Shown piece after piece: positions 21,501 to 32,148 of a stretch of 64,000 nt of DNA. The notes under the pieces were generated by a model. That model worked only from the letters and a program-made list of their open reading frames with translations, searched no databases and was not told the DNA's origin. The DNA comes from a virus. Each line of letters opens with the position of its first letter. Position 1 is the stretch's first letter. The translations under genes and the position numbers were made by a program. The DNA is taken from IMG/VR virus record IMGVR_UViG_3300027782_000047, positions 32,001-96,000 of that record; one strand, written 5' to 3'.

Positions 21501-21753
21501 CATTTCTGGATTCTATTATGAGCCTAATGAAATAGCTCAAGATTTAGGATATGAATTAAAAAGAGAAATTGGTGTATCCGCTCAAGAAATTCAAGCAGTT
21601 CTTCCAGAAGTTGTCGTTTCTGCTCCAGTAGACGATCAATATTTAACTGTTCATTATGAAAAACTTGTTCCTTTATTAATTGAAGCTATTAAAGAATTGA
21701 TTAAAGGATTCAAAGATTTGAAAGATGAAGTTGACGAATTAAAGAAGAAATAA
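18523..21753 (+). CDS. tail fibre with beta-helical repeats, coiled coil, collagen-like segment and Peptidase_S74 intramolecular chaperone, 1076 aa
   Basis: N-terminal [13 protein letters not shown] hendecad repeats, ~49 Gly-X-Y triplets, and YSDDRLK...IGVSAQE...[15 protein letters not shown]. Confidence 0.85.
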   Translation: MALNNITRTNTIDEWRIQTNLAANALNQIETGNYNKTNGTFTISSNGALSIIAQGTALSVANGALFQSNVSIGKEIVLGSEVSQTGNLLVGNAVYIYGQATALYVANNIISNGSIVVQNTIKTNNITANSNVVVVGTANVGYLGVANSGYVGTTLTVVGNTAVGNLTTANSVFADNARITTNIAFGSLLQSYANANAYVSNTGSVVANNARFIANTSIGEELTTITVNATNVRVTANANAAHFTASQSVVADTARFATNVAFGSSLQSYANGTSFVANGGSVVANTATINANTSVGGHIVVTNSVVSDTARFITNVAFGSSLESYANGTSFVANGGSVVANTATINANTSVGGHIVVTNSVVSDTARFATNVAFGSSLQSYANGTSFVANGGSVVANNARINVNTSVGQELTTVTVNATNSRVSGNANAAHFTTSAGGSVVADSLRITSATQSANISGNVIAGNVNTQGMVYAGSIVSTGMLKSFDMEVDQDLTVNRNLTVDGNFVLSGDIVYDTDNFTISTVTPVTTTGAGYFGVFRGNTIGGVFGHNGLVNTDANAYIRWSASANNWQIRDVFNPSISTSYSKILTANLITVSTSSVSNNDFASSWLMKNYVDNANTNLQNYIDVANTSMKSYVDTANTNLKSYVDTANTNVVRYVNTQVTSNVLNSGAAVVVAQNFATAVDDSDPGNGNFKFNNATIASATFAYMDNLDTYAQTITGILSTYGDSTNAVKGHLRFSVFGSSTTKFAVFAITSSTAASGYYKVGLTYVSGAGTFSGGDLVMVQYSRAGNLGAQGPTGAQGPTGAQGPQGPQGPQGPQGTNGTIGVNGAPGGPGPTGPQGPTGAQGAQGAQGAQGPTGPQGPTGAQGPLGPTGPTGPLGPTGPQGPLGPTGPTGPLGPTGPLGPTGPTGPTGPQGPTGAQGPTGAQGAQGAQGPSGTITNTSYQMTSLGVGTAASGTTGEIRATGAITAGYSDDRLKTRLGNIENSLIKIAAISGFYYEPNEIAQDLGYELKREIGVSAQEIQAVLPEVVVSAPVDDQYLTVHYEKLVPLLIEAIKELIKGFKDLKDEVDELKKK
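19264..19745 (+). repeat. tandem 168-bp (56-aa) repeat, ~2.8 near-identical copies
   Basis: Unit starts (tcggttgtt..gacactgctagattt) at 19264, 19432 and 19600. A degenerate copy lies near 19032. Confidence 0.9.
20890..21333 (+). repeat. collagen-like Gly-X-Y coding repeat
   Basis: [12 protein letters not shown] triplets with 9-bp periodicity. Confidence 0.95.
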
Positions 21754-21754
21754 G

Positions 21755-22087
21755 ATGGCCGCATTTTCAGAAATCGTTATAGAGCAAGGCGCAACATTCA
21801 ACACTACAATTAATGTTGAAGATACCGCTGGTGCCGCAATTAACCTTTTTGGTTATACAGCAAACTCCATGATGCGTAAATCATACTATTCATCAAGTGC
21901 AACAACAATTACATCTACAGTAACAGGTACAGCAAATGGTGAAGTAACCCTTCGTGTAACTGCGGCTAATACTGCGGCATTAACACCAGGAAGATATGTG
22001 TATGATGTTATTATTACATCTCCAACATCTGTGGTAACAAGAGTTGTTGAAGGGATTGTTACCGTCTTACCTTCAGTTACGAGGTAA
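21755..22087 (+). CDS. small beta-sandwich virion/adaptor protein, 110 aa
   Basis: IEQGATF......D..G..INL.GYTA...MRKSY.S...GRYVYDV.....RVVEGIVTV.P.VT, a conserved pattern in T4-like fibre loci. Confidence 0.75.
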   Translation: MAAFSEIVIEQGATFNTTINVEDTAGAAINLFGYTANSMMRKSYYSSSATTITSTVTGTANGEVTLRVTAANTAALTPGRYVYDVIITSPTSVVTRVVEGIVTVLPSVTR

Positions 22088-22089
22088 TT

Positions 22090-22344
22090 ATGGTTACAGC
22101 TAGAATCAATACTCCAGGAGTGATTGGTAAAGTTGCTGTTCGCCCAAATCAAAGAACAACAATCGCAGATCCAAAGTTTACTCCTAAACCTAATGTTGGT
22201 TTAGTTGAATTGTTTGATACCGCTATTGACCAAGCAGAGGAAGGCGACATTATTACATATGTCGCCAGCTCAGGAAAGTTTGAGAATCAGCAACTTGGAA
22301 ATGTAAGTGTACAAGTTCCCAGAATAAATGGTGGGTTTTTTTGA
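22090..22344 (+). CDS. hypothetical protein, 84 aa, ends in NGGFF
   Basis: GAGG SD; ORF in fibre operon; G.II.Y....GKF motif. Confidence 0.7.
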   Translation: MVTARINTPGVIGKVAVRPNQRTTIADPKFTPKPNVGLVELFDTAIDQAEEGDIITYVASSGKFENQQLGNVSVQVPRINGGFF

Positions 22345-22355
22345 TTTACCAAATT

Positions 22356-22363
22356 CATAAATA
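22356..22363 (+). promoter_or_regulatory. T4-type late promoter CATAAATA
   Basis: Intergenic, upstream of the AAGGA SD and ATG 22399. Confidence 0.6.
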
Positions 22364-22398
22364 GAATAATAAGAAGATTCCACAACTAAGGAACCATA

Positions 22399-24054
22399 AT
22401 GGCAAATACAGTAATTCAGTTAAAATATTCTACCGCAACCAATAAACCGCCTACACTTAACGTAGCGGAACCAGCATATTCTAACGTATCAAGTACTCTT
22501 TGGATTGATGATGGAACGGGTGTTGTAGCAATTGGTGGTAAAGCATATACCGATAAAATTGATGCCGCTGCCTCAGCCGCGACTGCTAACGTTCTTGTTA
22601 AGAGAGATACCACAGGTAACGCATCGTTCAATTACATTACTGCTAACATTGTTGGTAGTATTTTCGGTAACGCTACAAGCGCAGATAAGTGGTTTACTCC
22701 TAGAAACATTGGTGTTTCTGGTGATGCAACAGGTATTATTTCCGTTGATGGTACAGCAAACGCTAACATTCCATTAGTTCTTTCCAACTCTGGCGTGGCT
22801 GCTGGAAATTATGGCGGTGCAACAAATGCCGCAGTAATTTCTGTAGATACAAAGGGTCGTGTAACATACGCGGCTAACGTTCCTATTTCTTCTACACTAA
22901 ACTTCTCGGGTGATGTTGGTGCGGCTCCAGGAACATTATCTCTAATCTCTGATACCCTAACAATCAAGGGTAGTTTAAACGGAGGTATTAGCACCAATGC
23001 TGTTGATGCAAACAATACGGTACTTGTTAATGTTGATAATACAGTTCTTAGAAATTCTGGAAATCAATTTATTACAGGCGACTTGTCACTAACAGGAAGT
23101 TTGTTTATTGCTGGTAATACCACAACAGTAGATACTACAACAATATCAACCTCAGACTCTTTAATTAGACTAGCCGCAAACAACAATAGTGATCTTTTAG
23201 ATATCGGTTTCTATGGCGTAGCTAATTCGAATACAAATGTAACAGGTAGCACAGTATATCACGGTCTTGTTCGTAGAGCCCAAGCCAATGAGTTCTTCTT
23301 GTTCAAAGGACTAACGACAGATCCAACCTCAAATGTTTTACCAACGGGTTCAATAAGAGGATCTAATACAGCAACACTGATTGCGAACTTAACTGCCGGT
23401 ATGATTTCTGGTCTTGCTAACACTATTGGTGTTGTTGACGGCGGTACTGGAGTAGGCACATTTGCAGTTGGTAGCATTCTAGTTGGCGATGGAACAAATT
23501 CATTAAAAATACTCGCTAATACAGGTACTGCAGGAGCATATGGTTCAGCATCTAATACATTAATTGTCACTACGGATACTTATGGTCGTGTATCAGCTAT
23601 TACAAATAGTGCAATTCAAATTAATGCATCTAATATTGTATCTGGCAACTTAGCAATTAATAGAGGCGGTACAAACAACGATTCTTACACAACTGGTGCC
23701 GCAGTATTCTATGATGGTACTGCAATCAAGACATTAGCAAATACTGGTACAGCGAACACTTATGGTTCAGCATCTTATGTTCCTGTTATTACAACTGATG
23801 CATTAGGTCGTGTTTCTGGTGTAAGCAACACCGCAATCAATATTGATACAAGCGCAGTCGTTTCCGGCACACTAGGTATCGCAAGAGGCGGTTCAGGAGC
23901 ATCTTCATTCTCAATTAAGGGTGTTATTGTTTCTGATGCGGCATCAACAACTGGTGCATTGTCTGCATTGACTTCACCAACCGAAGGTCATCTATTACAA
24001 ATTAACTCATCTGGAGCACCAACTTTTGCACACCTAAATGGTGGAACATTCTAA
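22399..24054 (+). CDS. fibre/appendage structural protein, 551 aa (MANTVIQLK... to ...NGGTF)
   Basis: Ala/Gly/Thr/Asn-rich, with repeated G.YG.A....V..D..GRV motifs and RGGT repeats typical of phage fibres. Confidence 0.75.
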   Translation: MANTVIQLKYSTATNKPPTLNVAEPAYSNVSSTLWIDDGTGVVAIGGKAYTDKIDAAASAATANVLVKRDTTGNASFNYITANIVGSIFGNATSADKWFTPRNIGVSGDATGIISVDGTANANIPLVLSNSGVAAGNYGGATNAAVISVDTKGRVTYAANVPISSTLNFSGDVGAAPGTLSLISDTLTIKGSLNGGISTNAVDANNTVLVNVDNTVLRNSGNQFITGDLSLTGSLFIAGNTTTVDTTTISTSDSLIRLAANNNSDLLDIGFYGVANSNTNVTGSTVYHGLVRRAQANEFFLFKGLTTDPTSNVLPTGSIRGSNTATLIANLTAGMISGLANTIGVVDGGTGVGTFAVGSILVGDGTNSLKILANTGTAGAYGSASNTLIVTTDTYGRVSAITNSAIQINASNIVSGNLAINRGGTNNDSYTTGAAVFYDGTAIKTLANTGTANTYGSASYVPVITTDALGRVSGVSNTAINIDTSAVVSGTLGIARGGSGASSFSIKGVIVSDAASTTGALSALTSPTEGHLLQINSSGAPTFAHLNGGTF

Positions 24055-24076
24055 ATTATAATGAAAGGATTTTATT

Positions 24077-24640
24077 ATGGATGTGAGATTACAAAATGCT
24101 TATGTAGAGGTTTTGCTTGGCAATTTTATGGAAGTTGTCAAGCAGAATTTAATGTTTCAAGCACAAATTGAAGTAAATAAGAATAGTTTACAAGAAGCAG
24201 AAGATTCAGTAAGAAGATTAAAAGAAGTTTCGGACGCAAATATTAATTATCAAACTCAACTTGTTGAAAAAGATAAACTCATAAACGAGTTAACAACAGA
24301 AAGAAATAATTTAAAAAGCTCTTCAGGAAATAATGATTCTTTGAAACAAGAAAAAGATAGATTGCAAAGTGCAGTTAATGACTACATGAGGCAATTAAAA
24401 TCTGCACAACAAGATGTGTTGACCGCTAAGAGTGAATCCCAAAATGTTTTAATGCAAAACAATAATCGGATTGAAGAACTCACTAAATATGTTGCAAGAT
24501 TGGAAACTGTAGTTCCAGCAAACAAACTTAAAAAAGTTAAACTTGGTGAAGTTGTTCAACCTGATGCTCCAGAAATTACAGTTGAAGAACCTGTTCTTCC
24601 AATTGATGATGATACTGTAAAATCTGGCGGAACATTCTAA
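24077..24640 (+). CDS. coiled-coil protein, 187 aa, ends in SGGTF
   Basis: AAGGA SD, long heptad pattern and acidic/proline tail. Confidence 0.75.
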   Translation: MDVRLQNAYVEVLLGNFMEVVKQNLMFQAQIEVNKNSLQEAEDSVRRLKEVSDANINYQTQLVEKDKLINELTTERNNLKSSSGNNDSLKQEKDRLQSAVNDYMRQLKSAQQDVLTAKSESQNVLMQNNNRIEELTKYVARLETVVPANKLKKVKLGEVVQPDAPEITVEEPVLPIDDDTVKSGGTF

Positions 24641-24650
24641 GATTCGGTAA

Positions 24651-25808
24651 ATGGCAAATACAGTAATTCAATTAAAAAATTCGGGCGCATCAGGTAATAC
24701 ACCAGGTACTTTGCAACCGGGTGAATTGGCTATTAACTATGCCGATGGTAAACTGTATTATGGAAATCAAGCAAATACGCCAGTTTTATTTGATGTTATA
24801 ACTGAGCCTGGCGGTCTAAATCAAGAAATTCAATTTAATGATTCTGGTGCATTTGGCGCATCAGCAAATCTAAAATTTGACAAGACAACAAAAACATTAA
24901 CTACGAATAAAATTGTTTCGGCTAATATTGAAGTTTCATCAAACTTAGTCGCAGAAAATGTAATCGCACATACAGCATTGTATGTTGGCATTGCAGACAT
25001 TTCTCATACACCTCTAGCGAACTCATTAGGTTACTTTACAGGAAATTCTTCTCCATACGTTCAAGTAAACCTTGAAAATATTAATCCTAATGGTTCGGCT
25101 GATTGGGTTGCTACTGCTGACGTTGGTAGTGATTCAACATTCTACACTGACTTAGGTATTCAAAACTCTGCACACACTGATGGAACAATTAAACCACTAG
25201 ATGGTTATTTGTTAGTGCAAGGTAACACAGGTCAAATTGGTGGTAATCTAATAATTGGTACCATTTCTGGAACACCAGGGCAAGAAATCCGTGTAGTTGT
25301 TGATGGCAATCAAGATGCGAATGTAGTCTTAAAAATTAATTCTTCTGGTTTGCAGATGGTCAGAGGTGATATCACAAGTAATATCACTACAAGAATTAGT
25401 AACGTTTCAAACTCAGCATTTGCACAAGCTAACTTAGCATACAACGCAGCCAATTCCGCGGTAACATCAGGACAAGCTAACGTTGGTGCAGGTTTAATTG
25501 TTGTTACGGGAAGAACAAATTCAGCATTTGGACAAGCTAATTTGGCTTTTGATAAAGCAAACTCAGCTAGTGGTTTAGCACAAGCCGCATATGATTATGC
25601 TAATACCGTTTCTGTTGGAGGAGGAACTTCTTCATCAGATTATTTTCCAACTGCGCCTTATGGTTTTGTTACTGAAAGTTTGGTTGCTCTCGTTTCAGAT
25701 AATACATTCATACAAGGAGAACTGGCTGGACCAGTTTATGATTGTTCAGATAATCCAATAACACCCGAAGGCTTTTATTTGGAAAAAGACCTTGGCTATT
25801 TAACCTAA
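24651..25808 (+). CDS. fibre/appendage structural protein, 385 aa (MANTVIQLK... to ...DLGYLT)
   Basis: IQLK.SG....P..L..GELAINY.DGKLYY N-terminal domain, IQFND.G.FG motif, and AFAQAN repeats. Confidence 0.75.
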   Translation: MANTVIQLKNSGASGNTPGTLQPGELAINYADGKLYYGNQANTPVLFDVITEPGGLNQEIQFNDSGAFGASANLKFDKTTKTLTTNKIVSANIEVSSNLVAENVIAHTALYVGIADISHTPLANSLGYFTGNSSPYVQVNLENINPNGSADWVATADVGSDSTFYTDLGIQNSAHTDGTIKPLDGYLLVQGNTGQIGGNLIIGTISGTPGQEIRVVVDGNQDANVVLKINSSGLQMVRGDITSNITTRISNVSNSAFAQANLAYNAANSAVTSGQANVGAGLIVVTGRTNSAFGQANLAFDKANSASGLAQAAYDYANTVSVGGGTSSSDYFPTAPYGFVTESLVALVSDNTFIQGELAGPVYDCSDNPITPEGFYLEKDLGYLT

Positions 25809-25816
25809 CATAAATA
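25809..25816 (+). promoter_or_regulatory. T4-type late promoter CATAAATA
   Basis: Intergenic, upstream of the AAGGA SD and ATG 25840. Confidence 0.6.
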
Positions 25817-25839
25817 GATTGATAATTTAAGGATATTAA

Positions 25840-28770
25840 ATGCCAACGCAATTACAGTTAAGAAGAGGAAATACAGCCCAAACTGCAACATTTACTGGAG
25901 CAGTGGCTGAGATTACCGTTGACACAGATAAGAAAACAGTTGTTGTCCACGATGGCACAACAGCTGGTGGTTTCGCTCTCGCTTTAGAATCAGCGCAGTT
26001 AGACCAATTTGCATTCACAAAAGCAAACTTAGCGTTTGATAGAGCAAACTCGGCATTCGCTCAAGCAAATGCAGCCTATAGTACAGCTAATACAAAATTC
26101 AATTCTGCTGGTGGTACAATTTCTGGTAATGTAATTGTAACTGGTAATGTAACTCCAACAACGGATAATATTTATAGTTTAGGTTCGTCATCTAATCGTT
26201 GGAAAGATTTGTTTGTTGGACCAGGTTCAATTAACATTGATGGCATTGTTATTGGAAATAATGGTGGGCAGATTGTAATCTCTGGCGCATCTGATTTTGT
26301 TTTTCAATCAACAACTGGTGCACCTTCCGTATCATCATCGGCTAGTGCTAACATTGCGCTTAATGCTTTCAATCAAGCCAATCTAGCATTCAATCAAGCA
26401 AATACTTCTTACGGTTCTTTTGCACAAGCTAACTTAGCATACACACAAGCAAACTCTGGTGTTGGTATTGCTGTTTCTGCATTTGCTCAAGCCAACTTAG
26501 CGTTTACGGCTGCAAATAATGCCGTATCTACAGGACAAGCAAACGTTGGTGCTGGATTAATTACAGTTACTAGTGCTTATCAAGTAAACGTTGGTGCTGG
26601 CTTAATTGGCGTTACCTCGGCGTATGGAGCAAACGTTGGAGCGGCTAGAATTGCAGATGTTGCTTCTGGTCAGGCTAATGTTGGCGCAAGTGTAATTACA
26701 TTAAACAATAATATTGGCAATGCATTCAATCAAGCAAATTTAGCATTTACGGCTGCAAATAATGCAGTTGACACTTGGGTTAGAAATCAAGCTAATGCCG
26801 CATATAATGCCGCAAACACAGCAGTAACAACTGGTCAAGCAAACGTAGGTGCTGGACTTATTAGTGTAACATCAGCATATCAAGCAAACGTTGGTGCTGG
26901 ATTAATTAGTACCAAATCTGCATATGAAGCCAATGTAGGCGTTGCTATTGCATCAGGACAAGCAAACGTAGGTAATGCAATTACTACTGTAACATCTGCT
27001 TATCAAGCAAACGTTGGTGCAAGTATAATTACAACTACTAATGCATACCAAGCAAACGCTGGTGCTGGTTTAATTACTGAAGTAGCCGCACGGCAAGCAA
27101 ACGTTGGTGCAAGTGTTATTACTTTGTCTAATAACATAACTAATGTATTTAATCAGGCTAATCTAGCATTTACGGCTGCAAACAATGCTGTAGATACTTG
27201 GGTTAGAAATCAAGCTAACTCCGCGTATGATAGAGCAAATTCATCATTTGCACAGGCTAACTTAGCATACACCACAGCAAATGCCGCATTACCTAAAACT
27301 GGTGGTACAATTACTGGCGACTTGACAGTTTCGGGTAACTTATTTATTTCTGGTAATACAACAACACTTAACGTTACCTCATTGAGTGTCTCGGATACTC
27401 TTATTCATTTAGGTAATGAAAATGAATCAGATTCGTTGGATATTGGTTTTATTGGTCACTATGCTAATACGCCAAACAATCACACAGGTTTGATTCGTAA
27501 ATTTACCGATGGTAGATATTACTTGTTTGATAACCTACTAACAAATGTTGAACCAACTAATATTGTTGATATTGCAAACACAAGAGTTGCAACATTAAGC
27601 GCAAATCTAATCACGAATGTAATCACATTGCGCGGACTTGATCCATTAGATTACTCAAATACAATTTACAGTAATGCACAAGCAAATACTGGTGCCGCAG
27701 TTATTTCATTAACTTCTGCATATCAAGCAAATACTGGTGCAGCCGCTTTAGCTGGTCAAGCAAACGTAGGTGCAGGATTAATATCTGTAACATCAGCATA
27801 TCAAGCAAATGTGGGTGCCGCTAGAATTGATGCGAATACGGCTAATACAACTTTAGCGGCTAGTATTGCTTCGGGTAGACTTGCGGATAACGCTAACGTT
27901 GGTGCAAGTATAATTACAGTTACAAATGCATATCAAGCAAACGTTGGTGCTGGTAGAATTGCTGATGTTGCGTCAGGACAAGCAAACGTAGGTGCTGGTT
28001 TAATTGCTGTAACATCTGCTTATCAAGCTAACGTTGGTTCAGCTAGAATTGATGCGAATACGGCTAATACAACTTTAGCCGCTAGTATTGTTTCTGGTAG
28101 ACAAGCTGATAATGCTAATCTTGGTGCTACTATAATTACAGTTACTTCTGCATATCAATCAAACGTTGGCGCAGGTTTAATTACAGTTACTTCTGCGTAT
28201 CAATCGAATGTTGGTTCTGCAATCGCTCAAGGTCAAGCTAATACAGGTGCCGCAGTTATTTCATTAACATCTGCATATCAAGCTAACGCTGGCGCTGGTG
28301 ATATTACTGTTACCAATAACTATCAAGCAAATGTCGGTGCAGTAAACATTGCTAAAGTTGCAAAAGCTGGTGATGTAATGACTGGTGCTTTGTCTACCAG
28401 CGGTGCATTGATTGGTGCAAGTTTAACATCAAACACAATAGCAACAATTAACACAAATGCAGTTTATGAATCTACTGCTGTAACAACTGCGGCGGCTACT
28501 CAATTTACATTAGATTCATTCTCAACAACTGCATATCGTTCAGCTAAATATCTCGTTCAGATTTCTAGCGGTTCATCATATGAATTACTAGAGATGACTT
28601 TGATTCATGATGGAACGACTGTGTATTTGTCTCAGTATGGTAACATTAAAACTGGTGCAACATTGGGTGTATTTGACGCTACAATTTCAACTGGCACTTT
28701 AAGTTTGTTAGCTACACCAAACAATGCAGTAACTACATTTAAGACAGCCATAACTCTGATACCGGCATAA
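25840..28770 (+). CDS. long fibre protein with Mtd-N/hyaluronidase-N-like N-terminus and QANVGAG repeats, 976 aa
   Basis: QLQLRRGNTAQ...FTGA.AEITVDTDKKTVVVHDG.TAGG N-terminus; ~30 QAN repeats; C-terminal LDSF....YRSAKYLVQ...HDG...Y..YG domain. Confidence 0.8.
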   Translation: MPTQLQLRRGNTAQTATFTGAVAEITVDTDKKTVVVHDGTTAGGFALALESAQLDQFAFTKANLAFDRANSAFAQANAAYSTANTKFNSAGGTISGNVIVTGNVTPTTDNIYSLGSSSNRWKDLFVGPGSINIDGIVIGNNGGQIVISGASDFVFQSTTGAPSVSSSASANIALNAFNQANLAFNQANTSYGSFAQANLAYTQANSGVGIAVSAFAQANLAFTAANNAVSTGQANVGAGLITVTSAYQVNVGAGLIGVTSAYGANVGAARIADVASGQANVGASVITLNNNIGNAFNQANLAFTAANNAVDTWVRNQANAAYNAANTAVTTGQANVGAGLISVTSAYQANVGAGLISTKSAYEANVGVAIASGQANVGNAITTVTSAYQANVGASIITTTNAYQANAGAGLITEVAARQANVGASVITLSNNITNVFNQANLAFTAANNAVDTWVRNQANSAYDRANSSFAQANLAYTTANAALPKTGGTITGDLTVSGNLFISGNTTTLNVTSLSVSDTLIHLGNENESDSLDIGFIGHYANTPNNHTGLIRKFTDGRYYLFDNLLTNVEPTNIVDIANTRVATLSANLITNVITLRGLDPLDYSNTIYSNAQANTGAAVISLTSAYQANTGAAALAGQANVGAGLISVTSAYQANVGAARIDANTANTTLAASIASGRLADNANVGASIITVTNAYQANVGAGRIADVASGQANVGAGLIAVTSAYQANVGSARIDANTANTTLAASIVSGRQADNANLGATIITVTSAYQSNVGAGLITVTSAYQSNVGSAIAQGQANTGAAVISLTSAYQANAGAGDITVTNNYQANVGAVNIAKVAKAGDVMTGALSTSGALIGASLTSNTIATINTNAVYESTAVTTAAATQFTLDSFSTTAYRSAKYLVQISSGSSYELLEMTLIHDGTTVYLSQYGNIKTGATLGVFDATISTGTLSLLATPNNAVTTFKTAITLIPA
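26350..28360 (+). repeat. degenerate (AY)QANVGAGLIxVTS coding repeats, interrupted by one globular domain
   Basis: caagcaaacgttggtgc-type units recur throughout. A 38-bp block gctagaattgatgcgaatacggctaatacaactttagc is exactly repeated near 27820 and 28042. Confidence 0.85.
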
Positions 28771-28800
28771 TAAAATTTATCAACAAAGGGATAGTGAACT

Positions 28801-30294
28801 TTGGCATCTAATCAAGACTTCATAGTAAAGAATGGGCTAACTGTTGGCTCATCGCAAGTGATTGCCGCCAATGGTCGTTGGGTTGGTGTCAGCACTGGTT
28901 TAATAGGACCTCAAGGCGCACAGGGTGCTCAAGGTCCAACAGGAGGCACTGGACCTCAAGGTGCTCAAGGGCCTGCTGGTCCTACTGGACCTCAAGGTGC
29001 TCAGGGAGCAACAGGCGGTACTGGTCCTACTGGTCCTCAAGGAGCCCAAGGCGCACAAGGAAATTCTGGCGGTACAGGACCAACAGGACCCCAAGGCGCA
29101 CAGGGACCAGCAGGACCAACTGGACCTCAAGGAGCACAGGGAACACAAGGACCAACTGGACCACCAGGAGGAACTGGCGCTCAAGGCGCACAGGGTCCAG
29201 CTGGACCAACAGGACCAACAGGACCACAGGGCGCACAAGGAGCCCAAGGCGCACAGGGAGTTGCAGGACCAACTGGTCCATTGGGACCAACAGGTCCGAC
29301 TGGCGCACAAGGCGCACAAGGCGCACAGGGACCAACAGGACCAACAGGACCTTCGGGAGCAACTATTGATAATACAAACAGAACATTAAACAGTTTGACG
29401 TTCACTGGCCAAGGTGGAAATTCTGGTAATGCACCATCAAGTTATTATTACTCATTACATCAAAAAACTGGTCCATGGACAGGCCCATATCCAGATTTAT
29501 CAATCAATTATCATACTGGCATTTCGTTTGGCGCTCTTGCAGGTTATGAAGGTTATTCTTTTTGGGATGATGCTCCCCAAAGCACATTAGTTTTTAGAAT
29601 TAATGGCTCCAGCAATTATTCATACAAATATTACTGGCAATATACAAACACAACTGGTTATTACTCAGATACAAATAGTTGGCACTTGATACCAAATACT
29701 GGTAGTTCATATGGTTCAATGCAATTACAAGGCTCAAGAAATAGCTGGCGTGGTATTCATTTTTATGATGGCGGAAATATTCCTCATTTGATGTTTGATG
29801 GTGGCGCAAACGGTGGAATTTATTTTGAATCTGGCCGATGGGCGATGTATTATAGTTACGGAAATGCTAGTTGGGGAATTAATACATCAACAACTTCCTC
29901 TGGTGTTGCATTGTATGCATCTGGAGACATATACTCAACGGGTAACATCACAGCATATTCTGACGGAAGAAAAAAAGATAATGTAGTTGCTATAAAGAAT
30001 GCATTAGATGGAGTATTAAAATTAAGAGGTGTAACATATACCTGGAATGACAAAAAAGAATCTGATATCGGTTATGGTAAAACAGAGATTGGTGTTATTG
30101 CTCAAGAGGTTGAAAAAGTATTTCCAGAAGTTGTTAAATACATGGAAGACGTTGATGTGTATTCAGTTGCTTATGGTAACATCACAGCAATATTGATTGA
30201 AGCTATAAAAGAACAACATTCTATTATAACTAGTCAAAATGATAGATTAGAGAGAATAGAAAACTTTATTAATAATTACTTGGAGAAAAAATAA
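28801..30294 (+). CDS. collagen-like tail fibre/adhesin paralogue 1 with S74 chaperone, 497 aa (TTG start)
   Basis: [14 protein letters not shown]-terminus, ~50 Gly-X-Y triplets, aromatic-rich head, and [12 protein letters not shown]...GVIAQE chaperone. Confidence 0.85.
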   Translation: MASNQDFIVKNGLTVGSSQVIAANGRWVGVSTGLIGPQGAQGAQGPTGGTGPQGAQGPAGPTGPQGAQGATGGTGPTGPQGAQGAQGNSGGTGPTGPQGAQGPAGPTGPQGAQGTQGPTGPPGGTGAQGAQGPAGPTGPTGPQGAQGAQGAQGVAGPTGPLGPTGPTGAQGAQGAQGPTGPTGPSGATIDNTNRTLNSLTFTGQGGNSGNAPSSYYYSLHQKTGPWTGPYPDLSINYHTGISFGALAGYEGYSFWDDAPQSTLVFRINGSSNYSYKYYWQYTNTTGYYSDTNSWHLIPNTGSSYGSMQLQGSRNSWRGIHFYDGGNIPHLMFDGGANGGIYFESGRWAMYYSYGNASWGINTSTTSSGVALYASGDIYSTGNITAYSDGRKKDNVVAIKNALDGVLKLRGVTYTWNDKKESDIGYGKTEIGVIAQEVEKVFPEVVKYMEDVDVYSVAYGNITAILIEAIKEQHSIITSQNDRLERIENFINNYLEKK

Positions 30295-30725
30295 TGGCGC
30301 TAATCAGAGATTATGAATTACCAGGAACTGGTGTAACTGTTGCTAATGCATATCATGTAGTAACAAAAGTTGATGTGGATAAAAGAACACAAGATATTTC
30401 TGCACCTCCAGATCCATCAAGACCCGGTGGCTTTACTGCTGGTCATCAAGAAGTTGGAAAAGAATTATTTTGGAAAGCTGGTTATATTGGAACTATTTCC
30501 ATCACAATATGGAAAGATGCACAAGCAAGAAATGATGGATTACAGCCTTTAGGATTTTTGGGAATGCATCCATCAGATAATAAGTATGGTGCAAGTCTAT
30601 CACAAGATGTAAAGAATTATCAACCTAGATTTTTCATTGATGTAGACTCACAAGACAATTATGTAACTCAAGCATATGCTTATCTAAAAACAACACCGTA
30701 CTATTTGAACTCAACAGAAGTTTAA
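30294..30725 (+). CDS. hypothetical protein, possible fibre-assembly factor, 143 aa
   Basis: Coupled to fibre 1; G.....AYH.V and QAY.YLKT motifs. Confidence 0.65.
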   Translation: MALIRDYELPGTGVTVANAYHVVTKVDVDKRTQDISAPPDPSRPGGFTAGHQEVGKELFWKAGYIGTISITIWKDAQARNDGLQPLGFLGMHPSDNKYGASLSQDVKNYQPRFFIDVDSQDNYVTQAYAYLKTTPYYLNSTEV

Positions 30726-30732
30726 TTCTTAA

Positions 30733-32148
30733 ATGGCATCTAATCAAGACTTCATCGTAAAGAACGGCTTAACAATAGGCGGTTCGCAAGTAATTGCTGC
30801 CAATGGTCGTTGGGTTGGGGTCACCACTGGTCTTATCGGTGCCACTGGTCTTCAAGGACCCGCAGGACCGCAAGGCGCAACAGGACCGACCGGACCTCAG
30901 GGCGCACAAGGAACTCAAGGCGCACAGGGAGTTGCAGGACCTCAAGGCGCACAAGGACCAGCCGGCGGCACTGGACCAACTGGACCACAAGGCGCTCAAG
31001 GTCCTGCTGGCGGTACAGGACCAACGGGTCCTCAAGGAGCCCAAGGTGCTCAAGGTTCTGCTGGACCTCCGGGACCGACTGGCGCTCAAGGTCCTACAGG
31101 CGCTCAAGGTCCTACTGGCGCTCAAGGGCCAACCGGTGCTACAGGACCTACTGGACCAACAGGCGGCAATTCAGGAAATGATACTTACGTTGCTTGGGGT
31201 CAATTAGAAGCACATAGCACTTATACGAATTTTAATTCATCAGTAAATTATTGGGGCTTCACTTATGTTCAAGGAAGCACTAATGCTCCAAATTCAACAT
31301 CATCTCAATGGTACCGAGGAAGATTTTCCCTAGGAAATGCATATGGTAAAAATTATGGTGGTAGCGATTATTGGTTAGAACTAGCTTGGCCAAGAGAAAA
31401 TCCAACCACAGCAGGACATATGTGGAGAAGAAATGGAGAAGCTGGTGGCGTTGGCTCTTGGACACAAGTTGGTGCAAACATTATTGGTACAGGATCTGCT
31501 ACATCAGATTATAGAGCACCAATCTTCTACGATTCTAATGATACCGGATATTATGTAAATCCTAATAGTGGTACAAATTTAAAGTTTCTTCAAGTTTCTG
31601 GTGCATGGGCCAGTTCGCCTTTTGGATCAGCTCATGAACAATTTACAATTCGTACAAACTATCCATCATACACACTTCGTAATACCGATACTGGATATTA
31701 TTGGTTAGTACATCACGCTGCTGATTACACTATTAATTGGTACGGTGGTGGAGGTGGCGTAGATGGATCTTCATGGAATAGAAACTTCTACGTTGATATG
31801 AGTGGTAACATAACAGCAAGAGGAAACGTTACAGCATATTCTGATGTTAGATTAAAAATCAATATTGTGACCATCAACAATGCAATAGATAAAGTAAAAC
31901 GACTAAGAGGTGTTTATTTTGATTGGATTGATTCTGGTGAGCATTCCCTAGGAATGATTGCACAGGAAGTTGAAGAAGTTCTTCCAGAATTGGTTATGAC
32001 TAATACGGAATGTAAAACATTCACACAAGAAGTACTTAATGTAACAAAGTCGCTAGATTATTCCAAAATAGTTTCAGTTTTAGTGGAAGCAATCAAAGAA
32101 CAACAAAAACAAATTGAAGAACTAAGAGAGATTATTAATGGCCAGTAA
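30733..32148 (+). CDS. collagen-like tail fibre/adhesin paralogue 2 with S74 chaperone, 471 aa
   Basis: Same N-terminal 36 aa as paralogue 1, ~36 triplets, [14 protein letters not shown] motif, and [12 protein letters not shown]. Confidence 0.85.
   Translation: MASNQDFIVKNGLTIGGSQVIAANGRWVGVTTGLIGATGLQGPAGPQGATGPTGPQGAQGTQGAQGVAGPQGAQGPAGGTGPTGPQGAQGPAGGTGPTGPQGAQGAQGSAGPPGPTGAQGPTGAQGPTGAQGPTGATGPTGPTGGNSGNDTYVAWGQLEAHSTYTNFNSSVNYWGFTYVQGSTNAPNSTSSQWYRGRFSLGNAYGKNYGGSDYWLELAWPRENPTTAGHMWRRNGEAGGVGSWTQVGANIIGTGSATSDYRAPIFYDSNDTGYYVNPNSGTNLKFLQVSGAWASSPFGSAHEQFTIRTNYPSYTLRNTDTGYYWLVHHAADYTINWYGGGGGVDGSSWNRNFYVDMSGNITARGNVTAYSDVRLKINIVTINNAIDKVKRLRGVYFDWIDSGEHSLGMIAQEVEEVLPELVMTNTECKTFTQEVLNVTKSLDYSKIVSVLVEAIKEQQKQIEELREIINGQ

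Noticed and set aside
19264-28360. CRISPR-like array
   Set aside because: The repeats are in-frame coding repeats without constant-length unique spacers.
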